Notes: generated by a model not told the origin, from the sequence alone. DNA of 64,000 bases from Dehalococcoidia bacterium (GCA_965237465.1 OZ250138.1:23137-87136), one strand, 5' to 3'. Counted from the first letter of the stretch, positions 27,310 through 37,677 are shown. Numbers and translations: made by a program.

Positions 27310-28854
27310 TCACGCGATGATGCTCGTTGCTCTCTGCTTTGTGGACAACAGGCGGTTGAGAGAGTCGACGTATGCCTTGGCGCTCGCTACGACGATATCC
27401 GTGTCCGCGCCGCGCCCGATGTAGGTCGTGCCCTCATGCTCAATGCGAAGCGTCACGTCCGCTATCGAATCCAGGCCCTCCGTTATGGCTTCCACCCGGT
27501 ATTCAACCAGCTGATTGGCCACGTCTACGATCTGCGTGATCGCTTGATAGACGGCATCGATGGGTCCCGTGCCAACGGCGCTCGCAGTTCGCGGGCTATT
27601 CTGCGGGTCGATGAGTCGGACGGTGGCCGTTGGCACCGCGGGCGAGCCGCTCAACGCTTGCACGTGGTCCAGCGTGTACTGGTCGTCGCCCATTGAACGG
27701 CGATCCTCGCCCATCAGCGATTCCAGGTCGCGGTCTGTCACGCTCTCTTTTTTGTCGGCAAGTTCCTTGAAGGCTGCGTATACGCGGCTCAGTTCCTCGG
27801 AGCCGATGTCAAAACCCAACTCCACCAAACGGGCCTGCAGAGCGTGGCTGCCGCTCTGCCGGCCGAGAACGAGCGCAGTGCCCGGAACGCCGACGGATTG
27901 CGGCTTCATGATCTCAAACGTAATTGGTGCCTTCAACATGGCGTCCTGATGAATGCCGGATTCATGCCGGAAGGCGTTCAGGCCGACGATTGCCTTGTTG
28001 GGCTGCACCGCGAAACCTGTGTAGTCGCTTACCATCCGGCTTGCCCGGTAGATGTGAGCAGTGTTGATTCCCGTCGTGAATCCAAGCAGGTCCTCGCGCG
28101 TGTGGATGGCCATGACCACCTCCTCGAGGGAGGCGTTGCCGGCCCGCTCGCCGATGCCGTTGACGCAGACCTCCACCTGCCGCGCGCCGTTCTGTATTGC
28201 AGCCAGTGAGTTTGCGGAGGCGAGTCCGAGATCATTGTGGCAGTGGACGCTGACGATGGCCTTGTCAATATTCTTCACGCGTTCAAAGATGCTGGCGATG
28301 AGCTCTCCGAATTCGTTGGGGATCGCGTAGCCGACAGTGTCAGGGATATTGATGGTCGTGGCGCCGGCGTCGATTGCTGCGCTGACGAGACGGTAGATGA
28401 AATCCCAGTCCGTTCGGGTGGCGTCCATAGGCGAGAATTCGATGTCATCGCAATAGCTCTTGGCGCGCTCGACTGAGGTGATAGCCTGTTCCAGGACCTC
28501 CTCAGGGCTCTTGCGAAGTTGATGCGTCAGGTGGATGTCTGAGCTTGAGATAAAGACATGAATGCGTGGGCGGGGCGCCACCTTGACGGCCTCCCACGCG
28601 GCGTCGATGTCGCCGGGCACGCAGCGCGCGAGTCCGGCGATGACGGGCGTCCGCACTTCAGTTGCGATGCGGCGCACGGTTTCGAGGTTGCCGGGAGAGG
28701 ATGCGGGAAAACCCGCCTCGATCACGTCAACGCCCAGCCGTTCCAGCTGCTGGGCAATCTCCAGCTTCTCCTCCCACGAGAGTCCCGCTCCGGCCGCCTG
28801 CTCCCCATCCCGCAGCGTGGTGTCAAAGATTATTATTCGTTGTGGATCCGCCAT
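27310..28854 (-). CDS. leuA: 2-isopropylmalate synthase
   Basis: IFDTTLRDGEQ..., HxH motif, and C-terminal regulatory domain. Confidence 0.85.
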   Translation of the reverse strand: MADPQRIIIFDTTLRDGEQAAGAGLSWEEKLEIAQQLERLGVDVIEAGFPASSPGNLETVRRIATEVRTPVIAGLARCVPGDIDAAWEAVKVAPRPRIHVFISSSDIHLTHQLRKSPEEVLEQAITSVERAKSYCDDIEFSPMDATRTDWDFIYRLVSAAIDAGATTINIPDTVGYAIPNEFGELIASIFERVKNIDKAIVSVHCHNDLGLASANSLAAIQNGARQVEVCVNGIGERAGNASLEEVVMAIHTREDLLGFTTGINTAHIYRASRMVSDYTGFAVQPNKAIVGLNAFRHESGIHQDAMLKAPITFEIMKPQSVGVPGTALVLGRQSGSHALQARLVELGFDIGSEELSRVYAAFKELADKKESVTDRDLESLMGEDRRSMGDDQYTLDHVQALSGSPAVPTATVRLIDPQNSPRTASAVGTGPIDAVYQAITQIVDVANQLVEYRVEAITEGLDSIADVTLRIEHEGTTYIGRGADTDIVVASAKAYVDSLNRLLSTKQRATSIIA

Positions 28855-29067
28855 TTTTGTGTGTCCCTTCGTGGCCTTGAGACAGCTGCGATGCGCGAGC
28901 TTTTCACCCGTCTATGCAGCCCCCGCCTGCTAGCGAATTAGTAGCGCGAGCGGGCGTGTAAGGTAGAGGCTGCCGCCGCATCCGGCCCCGCGCGTGCCGC
29001 GCGGAAATCCGGGTAGAGCCGCTGAGTGGGTCCGGAATGTGTGCATTGCGCGCATGGACAAGCGGCC

Positions 29068-30066
29068 CTATACCGTTTCGCGCAGCCAGGGCATCATGGC
29101 GCGCAGGTCTCTGCCGACGACCTCAATCAAGTGCGTCGTGTCCTGGGCCTTGAGGGCATTGAAGCTGGGGCGACCGGCCTGATTCTCAAGGATCCACTGC
29201 CTCGCGAAAGTCCCGTCCTGAACCTCTCGCAGAATGTCCTGCATCCTTTCGCGAGTGCCGTCATCGATGAGCCGAGGCCCGGAAACATAGTCGCCATACT
29301 CAGCCGTATCGCTGACGGAGTAGCGCATATACTCCAGACCGCCCTGATAGATGAGGTCAACGATGAGCTTCATCTCATGCAAGCACTCAAAGTAAGCGAT
29401 CTCCGGCTGGTACCCGGCCTTGACGAGGGTCTCAAAGCCCGCCTTGACCAGGCTGCTGATCCCGCCGCACAGGACGGCCTGCTCGCCGAAAAGATCGGTG
29501 ATCGTTTCCTCGGCGAAGGTGGTCTCAATGACGCCGGCCTTGGTTGCGCCGATGCCCTTTCCGTACGCCAGGGCGCGGGCCCGGGCTCCTTCGGTCACAT
29601 CCTGATGAATGGCAAGCAGGGCAGGGGTCCCCACACCCTTTTGGTAGAGCTCGCGGACCCTATGTCCAGGCGCCTTTGGCGCGATCATGGTCACGTCTAC
29701 GCCGGGGGGAGGCACTATCTGACTGAAGTGAATGTTGAAACCGTGCGCAAACATCAGAGTCTTGCCGTCGCTCAAGTGCGGCGCGATCGATTCCTCATAC
29801 ACCTTCTTCTGCATTGTGTCGGGGATCAGCATCATGATAATGCTGGCGCGCTGAGCGACCTCCTCAACCGTGCCGACCTCCAGGCCGTCGGATTCCGCCT
29901 GAGCCCAGGACTTGCTGCCGTGGTACAGGCCTACCAGGACGTTGGCGCCGGAGTCCCTGAGATTCAGCGCGTGAGCATGGCCCTGACTGCCGTAGCCGAT
30001 CACTGCGATCGTCTCGTCAGAGATGTGATCGAGGTTCGCGTCGCTATCGTAGAAGATGTCTGCCAT
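29068..30066 (-). CDS. ilvC: Ketol-acid reductoisomerase
   Basis: [17 protein letters not shown] Rossmann motif, with full-length similarity. Confidence 0.9.
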   Translation of the reverse strand: MADIFYDSDANLDHISDETIAVIGYGSQGHAHALNLRDSGANVLVGLYHGSKSWAQAESDGLEVGTVEEVAQRASIIMMLIPDTMQKKVYEESIAPHLSDGKTLMFAHGFNIHFSQIVPPPGVDVTMIAPKAPGHRVRELYQKGVGTPALLAIHQDVTEGARARALAYGKGIGATKAGVIETTFAEETITDLFGEQAVLCGGISSLVKAGFETLVKAGYQPEIAYFECLHEMKLIVDLIYQGGLEYMRYSVSDTAEYGDYVSGPRLIDDGTRERMQDILREVQDGTFARQWILENQAGRPSFNALKAQDTTHLIEVVGRDLRAMMPWLRETV

Positions 30067-30113
30067 CGTGCCCTTCCTGAGTAGTGTCCGTATGCGTCAA
30101 CAAAACCGATCGG

Positions 30114-30668
30114 TTAGCGGGGAGTCGGAGGCGGCGCGCCAACCAGGACGGGACCCCGCCACGCGCCATCCCTGGAAATATTCTCGTCCTTCGTCAGGGC
30201 CACAAGTCCCGTGCGCATCAGCTCAAGGACATCGTACGGCTCCAGCAGGGCCAACAGGCTCTCCACTTGCTCCGTTGTGCCTGTCATCTCAATAATCACT
30301 GTCTTGGGCGAGACGCTGACAACCTCAGCGCCCTTGAAAAGGTCCAATATCTCGACGATCTGGCCGCGTGTCTCCCGTGTCGCGCGCACCTTGATCAAGG
30401 CCGTCTCGCGCGCCACATAGTCTTCGTCGGTGATGTCCATGACCTCTACGACGTCCACCACGTTGAACAGCTGAGACGTTACCTGGTAGAGCGCCGATTC
30501 CGGCACGTTGTCGACGACGATAGTCATGCGCGAAAAATCCGGTCGCTCTGATTGCCCCACTGCGAGGCTGGCGATGTTGAAATTGCGGCGCCGAAACATG
30601 CTCGCAACCCGATTCAGTACGCCCGGCCTGTCGTGGACCAAGGCGGAAATGACCCGTCGCATCGTCAT
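30114..30668 (-). CDS. ilvN: Acetolactate synthase small (regulatory) subunit
   Basis: ACT domain pattern. ATGA overlap with the ilvB stop. Confidence 0.85.
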   Translation of the reverse strand: MTMRRVISALVHDRPGVLNRVASMFRRRNFNIASLAVGQSERPDFSRMTIVVDNVPESALYQVTSQLFNVVDVVEVMDITDEDYVARETALIKVRATRETRGQIVEILDLFKGAEVVSVSPKTVIIEMTGTTEQVESLLALLEPYDVLELMRTGLVALTKDENISRDGAWRGPVLVGAPPPTPR

Positions 30669-32386
30669 CGCGTCATTGCCTCGGTCGGTTTCGGATTCAT
30701 CTCTGGATCCTCGACCATCTCCTTGACGGATTGACCCGCCGGAATCATCGGATAAACCAGCTCGTCAACCTCCACCATGAACTCAATGATCACCGGGCCA
30801 TCGTAGTCCTGCGCCTGCTTGATCGCGGCATCGACGTCCTTTATGTCATCAACGCGGATGCCGAGCATCCCGTACGCCTCGGCCAGCTTAACAAAGTCCG
30901 GCCCTGTTGTTTCAATCTGGCTATAGCGTTTGTCGTAGAACAGCGTTTGCCACTGGCGAACCATGCCGTGGTGCTGGTTGTTCATGATCGCGAACTTCAC
31001 CGGCGCTCGTTCATCCCGAATCGTGGCCAACTCTTGCAGCGTCATCTGGAAACCGGCATCGCCGCAGATCGACCACACCTGCTCCTCGGGCCTGCCCATC
31101 TGCGCGCCCAGCGCCGCGGGCACCTCATAGCCCATGGTGCCGAGGCCGCCCGACGTGATAAAGCTATTCGGCTGGTCTGTGACGTAGTGCTGTGCGGCCC
31201 ACATCTGATGCTGGCCGACGCCGGTTACGATGAATGCCTTGCCGTCCGTGGCCTCATGGATCCGCTTGATGACGTACTGCGTCGACGGCTTCCCGCCAAA
31301 ATCTCTGACGATCAGAGGGTGTTCCCGCCGCAGATCGTCCACGCGGGATAGCCACTCGGGTCGAGCGGTCTGCTCGACGAGGGGCAGCAGCGCATTGAGA
31401 GAGTTCTTTGCATCGCCAACCACCGGCGCATGGGCGAACAGGTTCTGATGGATGGCGGATCGGTCGATATTGAGGTGGATTATTTTCGCGCGAGGGGCGA
31501 AGTCCGCGACACGCCCGATGATCCGATCGTCAAATCGGGAGCCGATGTTTATCATCAGATCGCACTCATTGGCGACGAGGTTGGCGAAGGCGGAGCCGTG
31601 CATCCCCATCAGGCTCAGGTGCAGGTAATGCGTGCCGGGGAACGAGCCGATGCCGAGCAACGTTGGAATTACGGGTATCTGCGCCCGCTCCGCCAGTTCC
31701 TTAAGCTCAGCCTCGGCCCCTGCGATAAGCACACCGCGCCCCGCCAAAATGACCGGACGCTCCGCCGATCTGATGAGTTCCGCCGCGTAGCGCACCTGCT
31801 CCGCGTCGGGTTCTGTTATGGGTCTGAATCCTGGCAGGTCATCCACCGTCTTCGGATAGCCCGCGTATTCAGCAACCTCTTGCAGCACGTCGCGGGGAAG
31901 ATCCACCAGGACTGGGCCGGGCCGCGCCGACCGGGCGATGTGAAACGCTTCTTTCATGACGCGCGGAATGTCCGACGCGTTCATGACCAGATAGTTGTGC
32001 TTCGTAACCGGGATCGTAACGCCGGTCACGTCCGTCTCCTGGAACGCGTCCTTTCCGATGGCAGGCCGCGTCACCTGGCCGGTGATGGCCACAATGGGTG
32101 TTGAGTCCATGAATGCGGTGCCTAGGCCGACCGCGAGGTTGATGGCGCCGGGGCCTGATGTGGCGATGCAGACGCCCACGCGTCCTGTGGCGCGGGCGTA
32201 TCCGTCGGCGGCGTGCGCCGCGCCCTGTTCGTGCCGAGTCAGGACATGATGGATGGACGGGTACTTGAGGATGTGGTCATAGAAGGGCAGGATGGCGCCG
32301 CCGGGGACGCCAAAGACGAGGTCAACGCCCTCAGCCTCAAGCGCCTCGCACACCAATTCCCCACCGGCAAGCATCCTGCTCGACAT
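30665..32386 (-). CDS. ilvB: Acetolactate synthase large subunit
   Basis: TPP-enzyme motifs. Start at MSSRMLAGGELV (ATG 32386); the track's 5' extension is unlikely. Confidence 0.85.
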   Translation of the reverse strand: MSSRMLAGGELVCEALEAEGVDLVFGVPGGAILPFYDHILKYPSIHHVLTRHEQGAAHAADGYARATGRVGVCIATSGPGAINLAVGLGTAFMDSTPIVAITGQVTRPAIGKDAFQETDVTGVTIPVTKHNYLVMNASDIPRVMKEAFHIARSARPGPVLVDLPRDVLQEVAEYAGYPKTVDDLPGFRPITEPDAEQVRYAAELIRSAERPVILAGRGVLIAGAEAELKELAERAQIPVIPTLLGIGSFPGTHYLHLSLMGMHGSAFANLVANECDLMINIGSRFDDRIIGRVADFAPRAKIIHLNIDRSAIHQNLFAHAPVVGDAKNSLNALLPLVEQTARPEWLSRVDDLRREHPLIVRDFGGKPSTQYVIKRIHEATDGKAFIVTGVGQHQMWAAQHYVTDQPNSFITSGGLGTMGYEVPAALGAQMGRPEEQVWSICGDAGFQMTLQELATIRDERAPVKFAIMNNQHHGMVRQWQTLFYDKRYSQIETTGPDFVKLAEAYGMLGIRVDDIKDVDAAIKQAQDYDGPVIIEFMVEVDELVYPMIPAGQSVKEMVEDPEMNPKPTEAMTR

Positions 32387-32467
32387 ATCGCTCCTCACTG
32401 CTCGCTCAGCCGCTTCACATGCAGACCCGCACATCCTGGAGAGTCCGCCACGGGGGCCGAACTCCAC

Positions 32468-32790
32468 ATGACCTCAATGGGCGGGTTGCCGAATCGCCCA
32501 ACAAAAAACCCGCCCCATGAAGGGACGGGAGCTCCTGGCAATCCCGCGGTACCACCCTCCTTACCTGGCTATGTCGCCAAGTCGCTCTATGGAGTTTCTA
32601 ACGGACGCCGCTCCGCCGTCGCCCAACTCCACGCCGTTTCTGGCGGCCGGTTACGCCACGGATGCTCCAGGGCGACTTCACGGGTCATCACGACCGGGCT
32701 TGCACCATCCCCGGCTCGCTGTGCGCTAGACTGACGCTACTATTCCCTATCTCAGCAATAATAATTGTGCCATTCGGATTATGGAGTGTC
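32468..32790 (-). promoter_or_regulatory. T-box riboswitch leader of the ilvBNC-leuACDB-cimA operon
   Basis: The minus-strand RNA contains AGGGUGGUACCGCGG (the T-box consensus AANNNGGGUGGNACCGCG) at 32544-32558, followed by terminator 32503-32529. A UGAGA...AGUAG GA-motif lies near the 5' end. Confidence 0.65.
32503..32529 (-). terminator. T-box leader terminator (CCCGUCCC uucau GGGGCGGG UUUUUU)
   Basis: 8-bp stem with one G-U pair and a U6 tract, immediately 3' of the T-box motif on the minus-strand RNA. Confidence 0.65.
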
Positions 32791-32839
32791 AATGATGCCC
32801 CTTCCTGAGCGCCCAGCCATCATTTGTGTCTGTTGATCG

Positions 32840-33487
32840 ATGATTGTGCGGGCGCTGACGGACCTGGCTTTTGGATTGGTATTTCCCCAGCGCTGTGTCC
32901 TGTGCGGGCGGGAGGATTCCATGCTCTGCCGCCCCTGTCGTGGCTCACTGCCCGCCAACCTTCAACCGGATACGCTGCCAAAGCCGGAGGGAATGCAGTC
33001 GATATGCGCCGTTTGGCCCTATGAGGGGCAGATACGAGAAATAGTCCGCAACTACAAGTATTCGGGACTGAGGGCCCTGGCCCCGATCCTGGCCGCGGAG
33101 ATGGCGGCAGTCCTCCAGGAATGGGATCCGCCTGTCGGCATGATCGTCCATATCCCGAGTCACCACACGAGACTTCGCGAGCGCGGATTTGATCAGGCGG
33201 AGCTTCTGGCCGCAGAGGTTGCCTCCATTACGGGCATTCCCTTTGCCGCAGCCTTGAGTCGTACAAGGGAAACACCGATCCAGGCCCGCGCATCCAACCA
33301 AAAACAAAGGCGCGAGAACGTGCGTCGGGCATTTGCTGTAAAGGAACGAGCATCCCTGAGCGGCATGGACGTGCTGCTCATCGACGATGTCATGACGACA
33401 GGCGCGACGCTGAGAGACGGGGCGAGGGCAATTAGGGAAGCGGGCGGCAGGCGCGTTTACGGCCTGACTTTGGCGCATGAGACGTGA
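32840..33487 (+). CDS. comFC: ComF-family phosphoribosyltransferase-domain protein
   Basis: N-terminal C4 zinc finger (CVLCG...CRPC) and PRTase motif VLLIDDVMTTGAT. Confidence 0.7.
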   Translation: MIVRALTDLAFGLVFPQRCVLCGREDSMLCRPCRGSLPANLQPDTLPKPEGMQSICAVWPYEGQIREIVRNYKYSGLRALAPILAAEMAAVLQEWDPPVGMIVHIPSHHTRLRERGFDQAELLAAEVASITGIPFAAALSRTRETPIQARASNQKQRRENVRRAFAVKERASLSGMDVLLIDDVMTTGATLRDGARAIREAGGRRVYGLTLAHET

Positions 33488-33597
33488 TCCAGGACTGCCC
33501 AGTGGACGACGCCGCATTTGCGAGGAATACGTAATCTGCGCTAAATTGGATGCCACTTGTTTAGTTCCTCGTGGGATGTTGGGGGGGAGACGCGCTT

Positions 33598-34554
33598 ATG
33601 CCATCGCTAGCCTACTTTGAAGGGAAGATCGTCCCGCTTGAAGAGGCCAAAATTGGTGTCGTTACGCACGCCTTCAACTACGGAACAGGCGTCTTTGAGG
33701 GCATTCGCGGCAACTGGAACTCCTCACAGGAACAGCTCTTCCTTTTTCGAGTGCGGGAGCACTACGCGAGGCTGCTCCGTTCCTGCTCAATGCTGAACAT
33801 CAAGCTCCCCTATTCACTGGACGACTTTGAGAGGATCACGCTTGATCTGGTGGAGAAGTGCGACTTTCGAGAGGACATTTACGTCCGGCCACTTGCCTAT
33901 AAGTCGTCGGATGTCGTGGGCCTCCGCGTCCATGACCTTGAGGACGATTTTTTGATCTACATCGTTCCGTTTGGGAACTACCTGGATTCTGACGCAGGCA
34001 TTCGCTGCACATTCTCCAGTTGGACGCGTATACAGGACAGCGTCATCCCGCCAAGCGCAAAGGTCACGGGCATGTACGTCGCCAACAGCCTGGCCAAGAG
34101 CGAGGCCGTCTGGCGCGGGTATGACGAGGCCATACTGTTGACCCAGGACGGCAACGTCTCCGAGGGCAGCGGCGAGAACATCTTTCTTATCAAGAACGGC
34201 GTCCTCAGCACGCCGCGCCAGGAAGATGGAATCCTGGCAGGCATTACACGCGATACGGTTATCGAACTGGCGCAGAACGTGCTGGGCCTCAAGGTGGTCG
34301 AGCGCCAGATCCCCAAGACGGATGTTTACGTGGCGGATGAGTTCTTCATGACGGGGACCGCCGCGCACGTGACGCCGGTTGTGGAAGTGGACGGACGCCC
34401 CCTTGGCGACGGCGCCGTTGGCCCTGTCACAAGAGAACTTCAACGCCTCTACTTTGACGTCGTAAAGGGAGAGAACAATTCCTATTCTCATTGGCTGACG
34501 CCCGCGACTCGGGCAGCTGCAGGCGCGGCGATAATGGCCCCGCAACAGGCATAA
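33598..34554 (+). CDS. ilvE: Branched-chain amino acid aminotransferase
   Basis: Fold-type IV aminotransferase consensus (EGSGENIF..., TGTAA). ATG 33598 with GGGGGAGA RBS. Confidence 0.85.
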   Translation: MPSLAYFEGKIVPLEEAKIGVVTHAFNYGTGVFEGIRGNWNSSQEQLFLFRVREHYARLLRSCSMLNIKLPYSLDDFERITLDLVEKCDFREDIYVRPLAYKSSDVVGLRVHDLEDDFLIYIVPFGNYLDSDAGIRCTFSSWTRIQDSVIPPSAKVTGMYVANSLAKSEAVWRGYDEAILLTQDGNVSEGSGENIFLIKNGVLSTPRQEDGILAGITRDTVIELAQNVLGLKVVERQIPKTDVYVADEFFMTGTAAHVTPVVEVDGRPLGDGAVGPVTRELQRLYFDVVKGENNSYSHWLTPATRAAAGAAIMAPQQA

Positions 34555-34655
34555 CGGAGGCGATGGATAGACTCCCAGCGGTTGGCCCCGCCTGACCTGC
34601 CAGAGACTCGAATCTAAGGACCGGCGGCCGCCGATGAATGACTCAGGAGAGTCGC

Positions 34656-35099
34656 GTGGTCAGACTCGGCATTGAATACGCCATCCTAATATTTGTCGCA
34701 GCCACCGGCGTCATCCAGATCGCGGCGGCAAACGCGGACCTGCGGGGGATACTGTTCGTCGGTTCTCGTTGGGGGGCAGCGGTAATCGGCGCGGCGATCA
34801 TGCTGGCAGGATTCTCCTGGTTCTTCATCCTGGTTAATCGCAATGACCGCGGCCTTGAGGGCCTGGAACAGACGCTGATTTTCGTTCCCAGCGCCATCGC
34901 CGCCATCGTTGCCACCGTGCTAGCCACATCCGTCGTCCATCGCCTCCGGTTGCGACGCGACCGGCGCACGGGCGACGCTGAGGCGGGCGAAGACGGGAGC
35001 GTCAGCCAACAGGACAGCGCGGCTCAGGGCCTTGAGAGATTGAGGCGAAAAACCTACGTTGACGCGCTTCTTGAGCACGATGAAGTAGTCATTCGGTGA
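34656..35099 (+). CDS. Hypothetical membrane protein
   Basis: Three hydrophobic helices. GTG 34656 preceded by AGGAGA; ATG 34638 is an alternative. Confidence 0.4.
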   Translation: MVRLGIEYAILIFVAATGVIQIAAANADLRGILFVGSRWGAAVIGAAIMLAGFSWFFILVNRNDRGLEGLEQTLIFVPSAIAAIVATVLATSVVHRLRLRRDRRTGDAEAGEDGSVSQQDSAAQGLERLRRKTYVDALLEHDEVVIR

Positions 35100-35704
35100 T
35101 GCCCTCAGCCTGGGAGCTCTCACTCTTTGAATCCCTGAATCAGCTGGCCGGCCGATCGGTCTTCCTGGACACGGTTATCCGACTCTTTGTGGGTGACTAC
35201 TTTGTACCGGTCGTGCTGTCTCTTACCCTGTTGGGGCTATGGTTCGGGGCGCAGGGGCCGGCTGATCGAGAACGACAACAACGGGCCGTGATTGCGGCGG
35301 TTATCGCCATGGGCATCGCCAACTTAGCGATTCTTGTTTTGAACGCCACGGAGGCCGTGATGCGTCCCCGGCCATTTGAGATCTTCGAAAACGCCGCGAG
35401 GACTGCGGACACGCTCTTCTACCAACCCCCGGATCCAACTTTCCCCAGCAACTCTATGGCGGTAACATTCGCCATCGCCGTCGCGGTCTTTACAGGTCAC
35501 CGCTTGCTGGGTTCCGTTGCGCTGGCGTTTGCAACCGGCATGGGGCTATCGCGCATTCTGGCGGGCGTCCATTTTCCCCTGGACGTCTTTGCCGGCGCCA
35601 TGCTTGGTGTTGGGGCCGCCCTCGTGGGCCTCGCATTACTGAGAATATTCGAGCCTGCCGCGGCCATGTTTCTCCAATGGGCGCGCCGCCTCTACCTCGC
35701 CTAA
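35096..35704 (+). CDS. PAP2-family phosphatase (undecaprenyl-diphosphatase-like)
   Basis: PAP2 motifs PSNS and SRILAGVHFPLDV. Confidence 0.7.
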   Translation: MMPSAWELSLFESLNQLAGRSVFLDTVIRLFVGDYFVPVVLSLTLLGLWFGAQGPADRERQQRAVIAAVIAMGIANLAILVLNATEAVMRPRPFEIFENAARTADTLFYQPPDPTFPSNSMAVTFAIAVAVFTGHRLLGSVALAFATGMGLSRILAGVHFPLDVFAGAMLGVGAALVGLALLRIFEPAAAMFLQWARRLYLA

Positions 35705-35762
35705 GACCGCGATAGCGATTTCTTCAGAAGGCGGCCGGTGGTTGCCTGCCGGCGCCCAGCGT

Positions 35763-36089
35763 CTACGGCTGGTTTCCCTGGCCGGCTGACGTGATCTTGT
35801 CGTCCCACCAGGGATCATCCTCTGGCTCCTCGTACGGAATCACATCCGCCGACCGGCACCACTCGCATCGGCCGCTTGAGAGGAGCTCTGCCTCGGGGGT
35901 CTCGTTGCCGCAGCGATTACAGAATCCAAGCGGCGCGGTGGATGTCACGCAGGCAGCGCACACCATCGGCGCGAGCGCGCCGGGGGACGCCTCAGTCGTG
36001 AAGGCCGGCGACCATCTCTCCGGCGCGGCATCCGACTCGGCTTCGTGTGCGTCGGGCCGTCGTCCGCATCGGCCGCAAATGAGGGTCAT
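35763..36089 (-). CDS. Cys-rich zinc-ribbon protein (4 x CxxC)
   Basis: CGRCGRR...CAAC...CNRCG...CEWC. ATG 36089 overlaps the upstream stop by ATGA, indicating translational coupling. Confidence 0.4.
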   Translation of the reverse strand: MTLICGRCGRRPDAHEAESDAAPERWSPAFTTEASPGALAPMVCAACVTSTAPLGFCNRCGNETPEAELLSSGRCEWCRSADVIPYEEPEDDPWWDDKITSAGQGNQP

Positions 36090-36946
36090 GAACTGCCGCG
36101 TTCGCTGCCGGTTGGTTGGCCCTGAACGTTGACGGCCTGTGATGACCACGCGATCTCCGGTCGATACGGCGCGTCTCGCCCCTGCGTAATGGCCAGAGGA
36201 TTGTCGCGCGTAAGCGCCCGCGCCCTTTCCTCCCCAATAAGCAAGGCGGCGGCCTCAAATCCTGAGCGCATGTTAGGCGCCCGATTCCCGGTGGCGCTGT
36301 GCGCATCCGTTGCCAGAACGTGCGCCGCCTCCCGACGCAACAGGTACATGCCCGTCTCCAGGGCTTGAGGTCCATAGTGTCCCAACAGGCTGCCGGTGTT
36401 GACCTGCACCAGCACGCCGCGCTCAATGATCCGCCTCGTCATATCGGGGTCATATTGAATGACGCTGTTCCGCTCAGGGTGCGCCAGCACCGGCCGATAT
36501 CCGGCCGCGATCAGCCCATCAAGCTCCTCATCGACGAATTCCGGCCAGGAGGTAAATGGCGGTTCAACCAGAATGTACCGCGTGCTATTGATCGTCGCCG
36601 CGTCCTGAGAGGCGACCTGCGAGCCAAGGGTCCTGTTTATGCGGACCTCTTGCCCGGTTGTGAGAGTCAGTTCGATGCCCTCCTCAAGGATCGCGCGCTG
36701 TAGGAGATCCACACGATGCCGTGATTCATCCAGGATGGATCGCATTGTTCGGGGAAAGTTGTGCGGCGTCGTGGCGATGATGGCCGCGCCGGCGCTTTCA
36801 GCGATGCGAGCCATTTCAAGCGCTTCCCGCCGATCACGCGCGCCGTCGTCAATGCCAGGTAATATGTGGCAATGGATATCGACGAATGGCGCCTCTAAGG
36901 GGGACCCATCCTGATGTTCGTGGTTGTTGTCAGGCGTCATCGCCAT
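36086..36946 (-). CDS. CpsB/YwqE-type PHP-domain protein-tyrosine phosphatase-like enzyme
   Basis: FVDIHCHILPGIDDGA motif and C-terminal HxH/D ligands. The start is ambiguous (ATG 36946, or GTG 36976 overlapping the PIG-L stop). Confidence 0.6.
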   Translation of the reverse strand: MAMTPDNNHEHQDGSPLEAPFVDIHCHILPGIDDGARDRREALEMARIAESAGAAIIATTPHNFPRTMRSILDESRHRVDLLQRAILEEGIELTLTTGQEVRINRTLGSQVASQDAATINSTRYILVEPPFTSWPEFVDEELDGLIAAGYRPVLAHPERNSVIQYDPDMTRRIIERGVLVQVNTGSLLGHYGPQALETGMYLLRREAAHVLATDAHSATGNRAPNMRSGFEAAALLIGEERARALTRDNPLAITQGRDAPYRPEIAWSSQAVNVQGQPTGSERGSS

Positions 36947-36963
36947 AGACAGCGATTCGCTCC

Positions 36964-37677
36964 CTAGCCCGGCCACCGAAAGCGGTGGACGCGGAATCCC
37001 TCGGCGTAGGCGTAGCCGGGCGACTTGCCCTGCTCCTCATGTCGCCCTCTGATGCGTTCAAGGATGCCCTCGGGATTGCGGATCTGGCTCTTGTGCTCGC
37101 TCAGCGCGGCGGCTTTCAGCTCAATAACGTCCGAGATGTCGACCCAGGTATCCGGGTCATCGCTCCAGGCCCACGCCTCGCTGACGATGTGCGGCTCAAA
37201 TCCTTGCGCAGCCAGTTGCGGGAAATGGTGAACGTCTCGCGCGTATGGGTACATGGCGTCAAAGGCAGCCTGACCGGCGTTCCGGTGATCGCGATGATTA
37301 TGGGCCTTGCGCATCGGATCAAATGTAAACACGACCTCCGGCTTGAATCGCCGAATCTCCCTGACGATATGCTCACGAAGCTCTCGCGTGTCCTCCAGCT
37401 CCCCGTCCGGGTAGCCCAGGAATGTCACGTCTTCGATGCCGAGGACGAGCGCCGCAGCCGTGGCCTCAGCCTCGCGGATCTTGACCAGATCCTCCGGTCT
37501 CATATTTGCGTCGGATGTGCCGGCGCGGCCGTCTGTGCAGATGACCAGCGCGCCAACCCAGCCCTCCTGAATCCACTTGCCGATTGTCCCCCCGCAGCCG
37601 AACTCCATATCGTCCGGGTGCGCGGAGATGGCCATCAGGCGCTTGGGCCTGTCTTCATCCTGCTGCGGTTCCGTCAT
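36964..37677 (-). CDS. PIG-L/LmbE-family N-acetylglucosaminyl deacetylase (paralog 1)
   Basis: AHPDDMEFGCGG and HxDH motifs. MshB/BshB-like. Confidence 0.75.
   Translation of the reverse strand: MTEPQQDEDRPKRLMAISAHPDDMEFGCGGTIGKWIQEGWVGALVICTDGRAGTSDANMRPEDLVKIREAEATAAALVLGIEDVTFLGYPDGELEDTRELREHIVREIRRFKPEVVFTFDPMRKAHNHRDHRNAGQAAFDAMYPYARDVHHFPQLAAQGFEPHIVSEAWAWSDDPDTWVDISDVIELKAAALSEHKSQIRNPEGILERIRGRHEEQGKSPGYAYAEGFRVHRFRWPG

Noticed and set aside
28855-29067. A second T-box or attenuator between ilvC and leuA
   Set aside because: A GC-rich hairpin is present (CCGCGCG gca CGCGCGG), but there is no T-box consensus and no T-tract. Probably just intercistronic structure.
29026-30084. 352-aa plus-strand ORF
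   Set aside because: Antisense to ilvC. The opposite frame has unmistakable KARI similarity.
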